NCBI GenBank assembly: GCA_045613125.1
Contig: JAZLAM010000016.1
Coordinates: 4,699 to 68,698, forward strand
Direction: 5' to 3'
Source: Alphaproteobacteria bacterium
GTDB lineage: Bacteria > Pseudomonadota > Alphaproteobacteria > RF32 > CAG-239
DNA: 64,000 nt
Part shown: positions 1 through 9,355 of the stretch, piece after piece
How the letters are laid out: each line of letters starts with the position of its first letter
Position numbering within the stretch: the stretch's first letter is position 1
Notes under the pieces: generated by a model
Told to the model about the DNA's origin: nothing
Databases searched by the model: none
Seen by the model: only the letters and a program-made list of their open reading frames with translations
Position numbers and translations under genes: made by a program

Positions 1-1855
1 CTTTATATCTTGGAAATAAATCACTTGCTAAAACAACACCATCAGCACGCTGAGGCTTACGCTTTAACTCACGAGCATATGCTTGTAAAATATCTTTTTC
101 GGCATTTTCAATATGTCTTGGTAGCAATGTGTCATAAATAAGTATAAAATCTGCCGTACTTAAATCACCAAGTTTTTTAGAAGGAGATATTGCACGCAAT
201 TTTTCATATTCTTCAGTACTTAAAGTATCTCTTATATCTTCTAAACGTTGTCCGAAGCTTTCTTCATGATGATTAAAGTATATATCAAATACCGAACGTA
301 ATGCTTTCATTGAACCAAACGTAACAGATGCACCCTTCTCACTATCTTTTGAACCGATATCAATCTGATCTAAAACTCTTCCATACAAACCATCTTCATA
401 AGCTTGGCGGAAATTATCAAAATTACGGGCTTTTCTCAGGCCATCTATGAAATCTCGCTCTGACTTACTTAAACCATATGTTTTATCGTTTTTATCTTTA
501 CATTTATTTTGTGCGTTTTCAACCATCTGATCAGCTAAACGATATTTAAATTCTATAAATTCTTCAGTAGTCAGTTTTTTACGAGCAGCTTCGACCATAG
601 CCTTAGCTTTTGCCGTATTAAGACTTATACCGATTGGTATAATTCCTTTTTCGGCGCAAGCCATCAACCAAACACCTTTATTTGCATTTGAAACATTATT
701 AAAACGAAGATGTGTCACACCGGTTTTTTTAACAACACCAAGAAAATCACCAGCCATAGTGTCATCCATTTTTTTACCACCCGGCAACGCATAACCAAAT
801 GTAAAACGTCCGGTATCCGGATTTTGAGCTACATATAAACGATATGCATATGTCGGAACATGATTACCTTTATCGTCTTTAACACCATCCTTCTTTTCAT
901 TATCCTTATTCGGTTTATCGTATATACTGAAAACATAAGTTTTTAAACCATCCATTTTTTGAGATTTTATAAAATAACTCAAACCATATGTTTTCTTTAA
1001 ATCATTTTCTAAGAATGAAACCATTTCATCATAGATGGTATCTATCATAACCGGCTTTTTAGCTTTTTTGGGTCTACCATTCCTTGACACCCCGTCTAAT
1101 TCAATATCTCTGATTTCAGGTTCCAACATAACAAAACCACTATTATTTTCATCGTTTGGTAAAACTCCCGGATTTTGTTCATCTTCTTGCCTACGACTTT
1201 CCAAAACTTTTTGGGTAAGCTCAGCAAGTTTTTCATCTATATCAATAACTCCATCTTTATAAGAAATGCTTAAATCATATACGGATAGACCTTTTTTCTC
1301 ACAAAACTCTATTATAGCTTTTAATCGAGCTTCGTTTAAATCTTCAATAGTTTTATCAGGCAAATTAATATGAGCTTTTAATTGTTCATCATTTTCACCC
1401 GGTTTATCATATGGAGTAACCACTATACCAAATTTACCAGCATCAGGTAAATCACAAACAAGTTCAAGTTGCTTACCTTTAGGCATTACATCCTGCGCTT
1501 CTGTAACGATTTCATCTGTATGTGCCAAAACCTCATTTAACTCAAACTGAACACCTGTATTATCCGCACCTTCACGAGAAATCATAGCGTACAAAACCGG
1601 AAATTCTTTCGGATAATCATTTAATAAGGAAATACTTTCATTTAATTTATGATCTAACTCAAGGCAAAACTTATATTCAGCTTCCATAAATCTCTTTGTT
1701 TCATCATCAGAAACATCTTCAGCCATTTGGCGAAGATGGTTGATTTTTTTGCGATTTTGCTCTATATCAGCATTAATCTCGGCTAAAACTTTATCATAGC
1801 TGTATTCTCTAAAGCTATGATTTACTGTTCCTGTTTCCAAAAAATTCTTAGCCAT
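1..1855 (-). CDS. Hypothetical protein, >618 aa, runs off window start
   Basis: Manual translation of the minus strand from ATG at 1855 (MAKNFLETGTVNHSF...) is open to position 1; GGAG RBS at 1862-1865; missed by the ORF track because there is no stop in the window. Confidence 0.85.
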   Translation of the reverse strand, partial: MAKNFLETGTVNHSFREYSYDKVLAEINADIEQNRKKINHLRQMAEDVSDDETKRFMEAEYKFCLELDHKLNESISLLNDYPKEFPVLYAMISREGADNTGVQFELNEVLAHTDEIVTEAQDVMPKGKQLELVCDLPDAGKFGIVVTPYDKPGENDEQLKAHINLPDKTIEDLNEARLKAIIEFCEKKGLSVYDLSISYKDGVIDIDEKLAELTQKVLESRRQEDEQNPGVLPNDENNSGFVMLEPEIRDIELDGVSRNGRPKKAKKPVMIDTIYDEMVSFLENDLKKTYGLSYFIKSQKMDGLKTYVFSIYDKPNKDNEKKDGVKDDKGNHVPTYAYRLYVAQNPDTGRFTFGYALPGGKKMDDTMAGDFLGVVKKTGVTHLRFNNVSNANKGVWLMACAEKGIIPIGISLNTAKAKAMVEAARKKLTTEEFIEFKYRLADQMVENAQNKCKDKNDKTYGLSKSERDFIDGLRKARNFDNFRQAYEDGLYGRVLDQIDIGSKDSEKGASVTFGSMKALRSVFDIYFNHHEESFGQRLEDIRDTLSTEEYEKLRAISPSKKLGDLSTADFILIYDTLLPRHIENAEKDILQAYARELKRKPQRADGVVLASDLFPRYK

Positions 1856-1939
1856 TGTACACTCCATGCTTGAATTAAAATTTTGTTAAAATGTAGCACA
1901 CTTTATTTAAAATATCAACATCTTATTGCCAAAATGACA

Positions 1940-2482
1940 TTATTTTTTAAAATAAAAGAATCTGATTTTTGCAATTGCATAAATTCTCTCGTCGCAAAAA
2001 ACAAAATTACTAGGAAAATCAATATCTTCATCTTTTGATGTTTCTATTAAACATAATCCGTCATCAGCAATTAAATCATTTTTTATCAAACTATTTATAG
2101 CTTTTTCTGTCAACCCTTTATTATACGGAGCATCCATGAACACCAAATTATACTTATCGGAAAGTATAGGCAAACAAGAAGCATCTGCTTTTACAACATT
2201 TATTTTAGACTTTTCGGCCTCAAACAGTGTAGCATTTTTTAGAACCGGTTTCACGTCTTTATCTACAAATGTTACTTTTAATGCACCTCTTGACAATGCC
2301 TCAAAACCAAAAGCTCCCGTGCCGGCAAAAATATCTAACACTTTGGTTTGAGAAAAATCTATCCCTTTAGAATATAATATACTGAACAAAGCTTCTCTTG
2401 TTCGTTCCAATGTAGGGCGAACATCTATACCTTTGGGAACAAACAGTTGTTTTGCTCTATATTTTCCGGCCACAATTCTCAT
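1940..2482 (-). CDS. rsmD: 16S rRNA m2G966 methyltransferase
   Basis: MRIVAGKY..RPT..R.REALF, VLDIFAGTGAFGFEALSRGA, DAPY motifs. Confidence 0.95.
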   Translation of the reverse strand: MRIVAGKYRAKQLFVPKGIDVRPTLERTREALFSILYSKGIDFSQTKVLDIFAGTGAFGFEALSRGALKVTFVDKDVKPVLKNATLFEAEKSKINVVKADASCLPILSDKYNLVFMDAPYNKGLTEKAINSLIKNDLIADDGLCLIETSKDEDIDFPSNFVFCDERIYAIAKIRFFYFKK

Positions 2483-3201
2483 ATTTTAAATCTTGATCCT
2501 AACTGTTCCTGTAACACTTTTTGTGCCACTTCTTTAACCTCACCTTTTTTAAGAGAACCGAGTTGAAACGGACCGTAAGAAACTCTGATAAGTCTGGCAA
2601 CATCTAAGCCTATGTGTTTCATTAATTTTCTTACTTCTCTGTTTTTTCCTTCATTTAAGGTTACCGTAAGCCAAGCGTTTGTACCATTTTGGTTGTCTAC
2701 TACGGCATTTACTTTACCATATTCTATTCCGTCTATGCAAACACCTTCCTTTAAGGATTCTAACTTTTTCAAATCTATTCTTCCGTGAACTCTAACTCTG
2801 TATCTTCTGCTCCAAGCATTTTTAGGAAGCTCAAGTTCTCTTGACAACTCCCCATTATTAGTTAAAAGCAACAATCCTTCTGAGTTTAAATCTAAACGCC
2901 CCACACTGACAACTCTTGGCATATATGGAGGTAAATTACTAAATACGGTTTCTCTGTTTTGTTCATCTTTGTGTGATGTAATCAGACCGACCGGTTTATA
3001 ATATAACCATAAACGAGTTTTATCAATTTGTGGTAGTTTTTCACCGTCAAACAAAATTTTTTCCGTTCCTTCAACATTAAACGCCGGAGTTGTAACAATT
3101 TCTCCGTTAACTGTAACTCTTTGTTGTTTAATAAATTCTTCTGCTTCTCTTCTGGAACAAACTCCGGAACGCGCCATAAATTTTGCTAGTCTTTCAGCCA
3201 T
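2479..3201 (-). CDS. rluB: rRNA pseudouridine synthase (RsuA/RluB family)
   Basis: S4 domain (ERLAKFMARSGVCSRREAE), VGRLDLNSEGLLLLTN, EGKNREVR. Confidence 0.88.
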   Translation of the reverse strand: MAERLAKFMARSGVCSRREAEEFIKQQRVTVNGEIVTTPAFNVEGTEKILFDGEKLPQIDKTRLWLYYKPVGLITSHKDEQNRETVFSNLPPYMPRVVSVGRLDLNSEGLLLLTNNGELSRELELPKNAWSRRYRVRVHGRIDLKKLESLKEGVCIDGIEYGKVNAVVDNQNGTNAWLTVTLNEGKNREVRKLMKHIGLDVARLIRVSYGPFQLGSLKKGEVKEVAQKVLQEQLGSRFKI

Positions 3202-3270
3202 TTTTTTATTTCCTTTTTTTATAATTTGCTATAATATACCTTAAGTTTTACAAAATTTCAAAGGATATTT

Positions 3271-3723
3271 ATGACAGATACCGATTATATGAAAATTGCT
3301 TTAAGAGAAGCGCAAAAAGCTTTTGAAATTGATGAAGTTCCGATAGGAGCCGTAATTGTCGATCCTACAACTCAAAAAATTATAGCAAAAGCACATAACA
3401 AAACAGAATTCGGACAAGATATAACAGCTCATGCCGAAATTTTGGCTTTACGCAAAGCTTGTCGCAAACTAAAAGCAAAACGCTTGTGGAATTTAGATTT
3501 ATATGTAACTTTAGAACCTTGTACCATGTGTGCGGCAGCCATTTCTTTTGCCCGTATTAAAAGGGTTATTTATAGTGCTTGCGATGAAAAAGGTGGAGCA
3601 ATTGATAATGGTGTTAAATTTTTCCAAAGCAAAACTTGTCATCATAAACCAGAAGTTATATCAGGTATATTAAAAGACGAATCATCTCAATTGTTAAAAG
3701 ACTTTTTTAAAAATAAACGTTAA
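3271..3723 (+). CDS. tadA: tRNA adenosine deaminase
   Basis: EVPIGAV, AHAE, TLEPCTMC Zn-deaminase motifs. Confidence 0.93.
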   Translation: MTDTDYMKIALREAQKAFEIDEVPIGAVIVDPTTQKIIAKAHNKTEFGQDITAHAEILALRKACRKLKAKRLWNLDLYVTLEPCTMCAAAISFARIKRVIYSACDEKGGAIDNGVKFFQSKTCHHKPEVISGILKDESSQLLKDFFKNKR

Positions 3724-3755
3724 AAAAACCGCTCTTTTTTAGAGCGGTTTTTTTT
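3722..3755. terminator. Bidirectional intrinsic terminator between tadA and valS
   Basis: AAAAAACCGCTCT-TTTTT-AGAGCGGTTTTTT. Confidence 0.85.
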
Positions 3756-3772
3756 CTGCAAAATCTCTAAAA

Positions 3773-6367
3773 TTATGCAACACTTTCCAAATCCAGAACA
3801 ATTTCTCCGACGGAAAGTTCTTTTGCGTCTTTGAATTCTATAGCATTATTGTTCAAATTTCCGACATTTACAACATCTTCCAAACCTTGTTTCAAGATTT
3901 CTTGCTCCGAAGCAGATGCAAAAATTTCAACTTTTGAAACGGCTGTTCTTTGTGAAGTGTTAGATGTAGTTTTGGCTTTTCTTATTTCTGATGTAATAAC
4001 AGAAACCAAATCATACAACATACCATTGTTAGCATCATCAAGAGTTAAATCTTTTACTGTCGGCCAGTTTGTTCCGTGTAAAGATTTTGAGCTATCGCCC
4101 CACGGTCTGCACTGATAAACTTCTTCTGTAATAAACGGACAGAAAGGAGCAAACATTTTTAAGAAAATATCAATTGTTTTCATTAAAGATGCAACAGCTG
4201 AAGTATCTGTTTCGGAATATGCTCTTTTCTTTACTATCTCCAGATAATAATCGCAAAAATCCCAAAATCTTTTTTCTATCACTTCCAATGCTGCAGCATA
4301 ATCATACGTATTCAAGCTATTTGTTGCTTGTTTTACCATATTCATAATTTTATTAAGCCATGCTAAATCCATCGGATTCGTAATATGACTTTCATAATCT
4401 ACCATACCTTTAAGTTTGCTGTTTTCAACCATTGTAAACACAAACTTACTAGCATTGAAAATTTTGTTTACAAGCTTTTTACCTTGCGCCATTATTTGTT
4501 CTTCAAACGCCGTATCAACGCCTAAACGAGCACGAGCAGCCCAATATCGAACGGAATCTGCACCATAATTATCAATCAAGTGTTGAGGAGTAACAACATT
4601 TCCCTTAGATTTTGACATTTTTTTACGATCCGGATCCAAAATAAATCCGCTAATTAAAATTTCTTTCCACGGAATAGTGTTACTATGCATCAAAGCTTTA
4701 GCAATTGTATAAAAGGCCCAAGTTCTGATGATATCATGAGCTTGCGGACGAATATCAAAAGGTATATCTAAAGCTTTGTTTTTAACAACATCAAGTGCAA
4801 TCTGCGGTGTTAAGGCAGAAGTTGCCCAAGTGTCCATAACATCTTTATCTCCTATAAAGCCGTTTGGTTTTCCTCTCATATCTTCGGTATAACCTTGTGG
4901 AATGTCCGTCATCGGATCAACTGGCAATTGTGAACGATTGGCCACAATCGGAGAATTAAAATCTATATTACCGTTAGCATCTATCTTATACCAAATCGGA
5001 AAAGGAACTCCGAAGAAACGTTGACGAGAAATACACCAATCTTGATTTAATCCTTTAACCCATTCTTCATAACGATACTGCATATGTTGAGGTTTCCATT
5101 TTATCTTTCTTCCAGCCTCAATCATTTGATCTTTTTTATCAAGAAGTTTCACAAACCATTGTCTTGATGTAACAAACTCAATCGGCTGATTACCTTTTTC
5201 ATAAAACTTAACCATATGTGTCAAAGGACGAGGTTCACAATTAAGGCAACCGTTTTCTCTTAAAAATTCAACAATTTTTTCACGAGCTTGTTTTGTATGC
5301 AAACCTTTTATTTGAGCATAAAATTCGTTTGCCTTTTCCGGATTATTGGAAACAAATGCACCTTTACCAAATTCGACATCAAGCAAACATCCGTTCTGAC
5401 CGATAATTTGTTTTACCGGCAAGCCTGATTGTTTCCACCAAGCAACGTCTGCTGCATCACCAAAGGTACAAACCATCATAATTCCGGTTCCTTTATCTTT
5501 TTCGGCATGTTCCGAAGGCACAATTTCAACCGGTGTTTCAAACAACGGCACAATGGCTTTTTTACCGAAATATTTTTGATAACGTTCATCATCAGGATGT
5601 GCCACAATTGCAATACATGCAGGTAAAAATTCCGGTCTTGTGGTAGCAATTATGATAGGTTCTTCTTCGCCTTCAACCCTAAATTTAATGTCATGGAAAA
5701 ATCCGGCAACTTCTTTATCTTCAATTTCAGCCTGTGCAACGGCAGATTGGAATGTCACATCCCACATCGTAGGAGATTCTACCGAAACAACATAACCCTT
5801 TTCATACAAATCAATAAACGATTCTTGCGCAACACGAATAGATTTTGGACTAATTGTAGAATATTTCACATTCCAATCATAAGAGTGACCGATATTTTTA
5901 AACACATTTTCAAAAACCAATTCATCGGCTGCCGTTAAAGTTTCGCAAGCTTCAATAAAGTTTTTTCTGGATACTTCTTTACGTGGTGATTTATCATTTT
6001 CAACATGCTCCGGCTTAAAGTTTTCATCATATGCAACTTCCGGACTGCATGACAAATTATAATAGTTTTGGACACGACGTTCCGTAGGTAAACCGTTATC
6101 ATCCCAACCGATAGGATATAAAACCGTTTTACCGTTCATACGTTGATATCTTGCAACAACATCTGTTTGCGTATAACTGAAAATATGACCTATATGCAAC
6201 GAGCCTGAAACTGTCGGAGGCGGTGTATCGACAACAAAAGTTTCCTCTCTTGATTTGGTGTTATCATAGCGATAAACACCGCTTTCTTCCCAATATTTTT
6301 TACAATTATTTTCAATTTCGGACATATTCATCCGATTGTCTAAGGTTTTATTTTCTTTATACGACAT
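3773..6367 (-). CDS. valS: Valyl-tRNA synthetase (short type-2 form)
   Basis: DTPPPTVSGSLHIGH, GWDDNGLPTER, DWCISRQR, DTWATS, KMSKS. Confidence 0.96.
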   Translation of the reverse strand: MSYKENKTLDNRMNMSEIENNCKKYWEESGVYRYDNTKSREETFVVDTPPPTVSGSLHIGHIFSYTQTDVVARYQRMNGKTVLYPIGWDDNGLPTERRVQNYYNLSCSPEVAYDENFKPEHVENDKSPRKEVSRKNFIEACETLTAADELVFENVFKNIGHSYDWNVKYSTISPKSIRVAQESFIDLYEKGYVVSVESPTMWDVTFQSAVAQAEIEDKEVAGFFHDIKFRVEGEEEPIIIATTRPEFLPACIAIVAHPDDERYQKYFGKKAIVPLFETPVEIVPSEHAEKDKGTGIMMVCTFGDAADVAWWKQSGLPVKQIIGQNGCLLDVEFGKGAFVSNNPEKANEFYAQIKGLHTKQAREKIVEFLRENGCLNCEPRPLTHMVKFYEKGNQPIEFVTSRQWFVKLLDKKDQMIEAGRKIKWKPQHMQYRYEEWVKGLNQDWCISRQRFFGVPFPIWYKIDANGNIDFNSPIVANRSQLPVDPMTDIPQGYTEDMRGKPNGFIGDKDVMDTWATSALTPQIALDVVKNKALDIPFDIRPQAHDIIRTWAFYTIAKALMHSNTIPWKEILISGFILDPDRKKMSKSKGNVVTPQHLIDNYGADSVRYWAARARLGVDTAFEEQIMAQGKKLVNKIFNASKFVFTMVENSKLKGMVDYESHITNPMDLAWLNKIMNMVKQATNSLNTYDYAAALEVIEKRFWDFCDYYLEIVKKRAYSETDTSAVASLMKTIDIFLKMFAPFCPFITEEVYQCRPWGDSSKSLHGTNWPTVKDLTLDDANNGMLYDLVSVITSEIRKAKTTSNTSQRTAVSKVEIFASASEQEILKQGLEDVVNVGNLNNNAIEFKDAKELSVGEIVLDLESVA

Positions 6368-6521
6368 TTATACTCTCCAAATTTATTCTTGCACCAAATT
6401 ATTGCTAAATGCTCTTGCTGTCAAGTTTTTATTTTCTATAAATAATCTGCTAAAAAATGTTGTAATAAATGTATTTACCTAATATACTTTCATCGTATCC
6501 AAATTATAAGGAAAGAATAAT

Positions 6522-6821
6522 ATGAACAAAGATCAAGAAAACCAATTATACCAAGATGCCATTGATTTCTTTGGTGATCTTTCACAAAAAGTCATGGTCA
6601 TTGAAGAAATGTCAGAATTAACCAAAGAATTATGCAAAGAACTAAGAAATAGAGGTAATGTTGACCATATTGCCGAAGAGTTGGCCGATGTTGAAATCAC
6701 TTTAGCTCAAATAAAATTAATCTACGGCATAGATGAACTGGTACAACAGCATAAAGAATTTAAACTAAATCGTTTTGCAAACATAATGAAAGACTTAAAA
6801 GAAAAACAACAAGAAAGTTAG
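6522..6821 (+). CDS. MazG-like NTP pyrophosphohydrolase domain protein
   Basis: EEMSEL...EELADV motifs; AGGA RBS. Confidence 0.7.
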   Translation: MNKDQENQLYQDAIDFFGDLSQKVMVIEEMSELTKELCKELRNRGNVDHIAEELADVEITLAQIKLIYGIDELVQQHKEFKLNRFANIMKDLKEKQQES

Positions 6822-6977
6822 AAATAAATTACACTCTCAAAACCCTCATTATTTAATAAAATGATAAGCATTTTATTTTACCTATATAATATCTAATATC
6901 ATTATTTTTCCTTGTATAAACAAATATATAAAAGAGTATATATTTCTTATAAAAAGAACAAAACAAGAACTTTTTAC

Positions 6978-7006
6978 TTGACAAGCAAATATATTGTAAC
7001 AATAAT
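6978..7006 (+). promoter_or_regulatory. sigma70-like promoter of the PLD gene
   Basis: TTGACA(6978-83)-N17-AATAAT(7001-06). Confidence 0.55.
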
Positions 7007-7013
7007 AAATTCT

Positions 7014-7556
7014 ATGAAAAAAAATTTATTTGTTGTCATATTTATAACGCTTGTGTGTCTTCCTTGTTTAGCAAAGGTGGATATCAAATTTACACCTTCA
7101 AACGACTGTGAAGATTCTATCATTCATTATATTAACGATTCTAAAAATACCATTGATATAGCTGTTTATTCAATAAACAATGATAGAATTGTCACAGCTC
7201 TGAAACAAGCACACAACAGAGGTGTGAAGCTAAGGATCTTAACAGATAAATTGCAAGCATCAGCCAAATCATCAAAAGCAATTGACTTATATAAATATGG
7301 AATCAACATAAAAGTTAACAGTAAACATAAAATAGAACATAACAAATTTGCAATTTATGACACAAAAGTTGCATCTACCGGTTCTTTTAATTGGACGAAT
7401 TCAGCTACAAATAAAAATAGTGAAAATTGCTTATTTTTAATTCAGGATGAAATCTCCGTTGGTAAATATCGTGAACGTTTTGAAAAATTATGGGCCCTTA
7501 ATTCACAGCAAAAATCAGATAATTGGTTTAGCTTAAGAAATAAACAATCAAAATAA
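7014..7556 (+). CDS. Secreted phospholipase D-family (Nuc-like) nuclease, single HKD
   Basis: HNKFAIYD...TGSFNWT; signal peptide MKKNLFVVIFITLVCLPCLA from ATG 7014 (preferred over TTG 6912). Confidence 0.85.
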   Translation: MKKNLFVVIFITLVCLPCLAKVDIKFTPSNDCEDSIIHYINDSKNTIDIAVYSINNDRIVTALKQAHNRGVKLRILTDKLQASAKSSKAIDLYKYGINIKVNSKHKIEHNKFAIYDTKVASTGSFNWTNSATNKNSENCLFLIQDEISVGKYRERFEKLWALNSQQKSDNWFSLRNKQSK

Positions 7557-7859
7557 TCACCCCCTTTTTTGCTTGCAATCCCTATAACCTGTCATCCCTA
7601 TTTTTGCTTGCAAAAAATTCAAGGGATCTTCAAATTAGTTTAAAAACATCTATCATCGCGTATGTTGTTGGTTAGTGTAATTTAATCGGAAGATACCTTG
7701 ACCTCACTCAATCGGAGGTATGACGGTATTATATTTTTTGTTTCAGAGGCATGACAGTCTACAAAGTCATCGCTCGATTGCGATAAGCAATCGTTCAGCG
7801 ATCTTCAAATTAGTTAATCGGAAGGTCCCTTGACGTTTCTTGGTAGAAACGAGGAATAC
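7557..7859. repeat. Cluster 1 of GTCA...TGAC palindromic (REP/RPE/dRS3-like) elements
   Basis: GTCATCCCT..AGGGATCT (7591-7629), AGATACCTTGAC..AGGTATGAC (7691-7724), GTCATCGCT..AGCGATCT (7766-7804); homologous to 39856-40080 and 44117-44374. Confidence 0.85.
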
Positions 7860-7927
7860 TTTTATTATATTTTTTAATAAACAAGAATCGCTACAATCTC
7901 TTTATTTACAACGCTTTCAGCGATTTT

Positions 7928-7967
7928 AAACTGCTCGATTTAAACGTACGTTTAAATCAAGCAGTTT
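7928..7967. repeat. 40-bp near-perfect palindrome
   Basis: AAACTGCTCGATTTAAACGT|ACGTTTAAATCAAGCAGTTT, one mismatched pair. Confidence 0.9.
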
Positions 7968-8191
7968 TTTTGATGTTTTTTATGTTTTTTGATTTCGCCT
8001 AACTCCTTGAAAAACAATAAAATGCAAATTTTAAATTTCGCAAATTTCTCCTTTTTGCACTGCGTTAAAAAAACGTACGTTTAAATTACACTACTAATGT
8101 GCTTTAAAAAGCTTGAAACTCAAGCCAAAGCGTTTGGTGAAAAAGCTCACTTTTTTAGCACATGTAACGTTACATATTAGGAGACTAAATT

Positions 8192-8797
8192 ATGAAAAAA
8201 TATATTTTATTAACTACAACGGCTATGCTTTTATCTGCTGTTGCTATGAAGACAAATGCCGAACCATCAAACAGCACCACACTTAATATAACAGCATCAT
8301 TTTTTAAACCGATGGAACTAATCAGAGAACAAAATCTCGGTTTTGGTATAATTTTAGCTGATGAAGGTGGTAAAACCGTAATAGTTAAAACTAATGGCGC
8401 TTTAGACTCACAATCTACTGCCACAATGATGTCCACAGCATCATATACACAGTATAGTAATGGTGGTCCAAATTTTGGTTATTTTAGCGAAGGATTAATC
8501 AGGGCTAAAGGACTTATCAACAATAATAATGAAGAGGGTATTGAAAATCTATTTACAATAAATTTAAGTACGCCCTCTATAAAATTAGTAGGTGGCGATA
8601 ACGGCACAACAGAATGTGGAACTGTAGATGAATTTACTACTCGTATCACCAAAGAAGGGGATGATGTTTTATTTCATGTAGGAGGAACTCTAACCACTGC
8701 AAAATTAACAGAATTTACAGATATCATGATACATTGTCAAGGTAGTGTAACAGCTACAATTATTATAAATGAAGAATTACTAAAAAGTATAGACTAG
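8192..8797 (+). CDS. Secreted DUF4402 / spore-coat-U/fimbrial-like protein
   Basis: Signal peptide; L.FG.I motif (QNLGFGIIL), C-terminal VGGTL..G....TI strand; AGGAG RBS. Confidence 0.6.
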   Translation: MKKYILLTTTAMLLSAVAMKTNAEPSNSTTLNITASFFKPMELIREQNLGFGIILADEGGKTVIVKTNGALDSQSTATMMSTASYTQYSNGGPNFGYFSEGLIRAKGLINNNNEEGIENLFTINLSTPSIKLVGGDNGTTECGTVDEFTTRITKEGDDVLFHVGGTLTTAKLTEFTDIMIHCQGSVTATIIINEELLKSID

Positions 8798-9048
8798 TTC
8801 TTAAAATATAATCCCCCCGGCAATAGAAATGTTGTTGGGGGGGTGATTTGTTTCCGATGATTAAATAAGCTTCAGACAATGCATTATGAACAATTATATC
8901 AAAAATTGTACTTATTTTTATTACAGAGTAATTAAATTATTCTGATTATCCCAGAAAAACTGACAGTTATTACAAAATTTAGGAATTGTGAAAAATAAAA
9001 AACATAATATCTTTATATTGTAATTAATTAATAACTTTGGAGGCTTAA

Positions 9049-9252
9049 ATGTTACGTGGAACTGTTAAATGGTTTAATAAAACAAAAGGATATGGGTTTA
9101 TTGCACAAGCAAATGGTGAAAAAGATGTGTTTGTTCATATAACACAAGTTCAAAAAATTGGATTAAAAACCTTAATGAACGGGCAAGATATAGGTTTTGA
9201 AAAATATGATGATCGAGGTAGAGTTGCTGCAGGAAATTTGCTGATTTTATAA
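9049..9252 (+). CDS. csp: Cold-shock protein
   Basis: GTVKWFN..KGYGFI, DVFVH. Confidence 0.95.
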   Translation: MLRGTVKWFNKTKGYGFIAQANGEKDVFVHITQVQKIGLKTLMNGQDIGFEKYDDRGRVAAGNLLIL

Positions 9253-9309
9253 ATCATAATATATTTAACCTGGGTAAATAATTATTTATTTGCCCATTTT
9301 TTGTACAGT

Positions 9310-9342
9310 AAAAAGCCCTCAAAATATAATTGAGAGCTTTTT
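9310..9342. terminator. Bidirectional terminator between csp and LysR gene
   Basis: AAAAAGCCCTCAA..TTGAGAGCTTTTT. Confidence 0.65.
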
Positions 9343-9355
9343 CTTGAAAATGATA

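Noticed and set aside
6522-8797. MazG-like, PLD nuclease and DUF4402 genes considered as a prophage or defence island
   Set aside because: No integrase, structural or partner defence genes; the PLD has a signal peptide and appears to have its own promoter.
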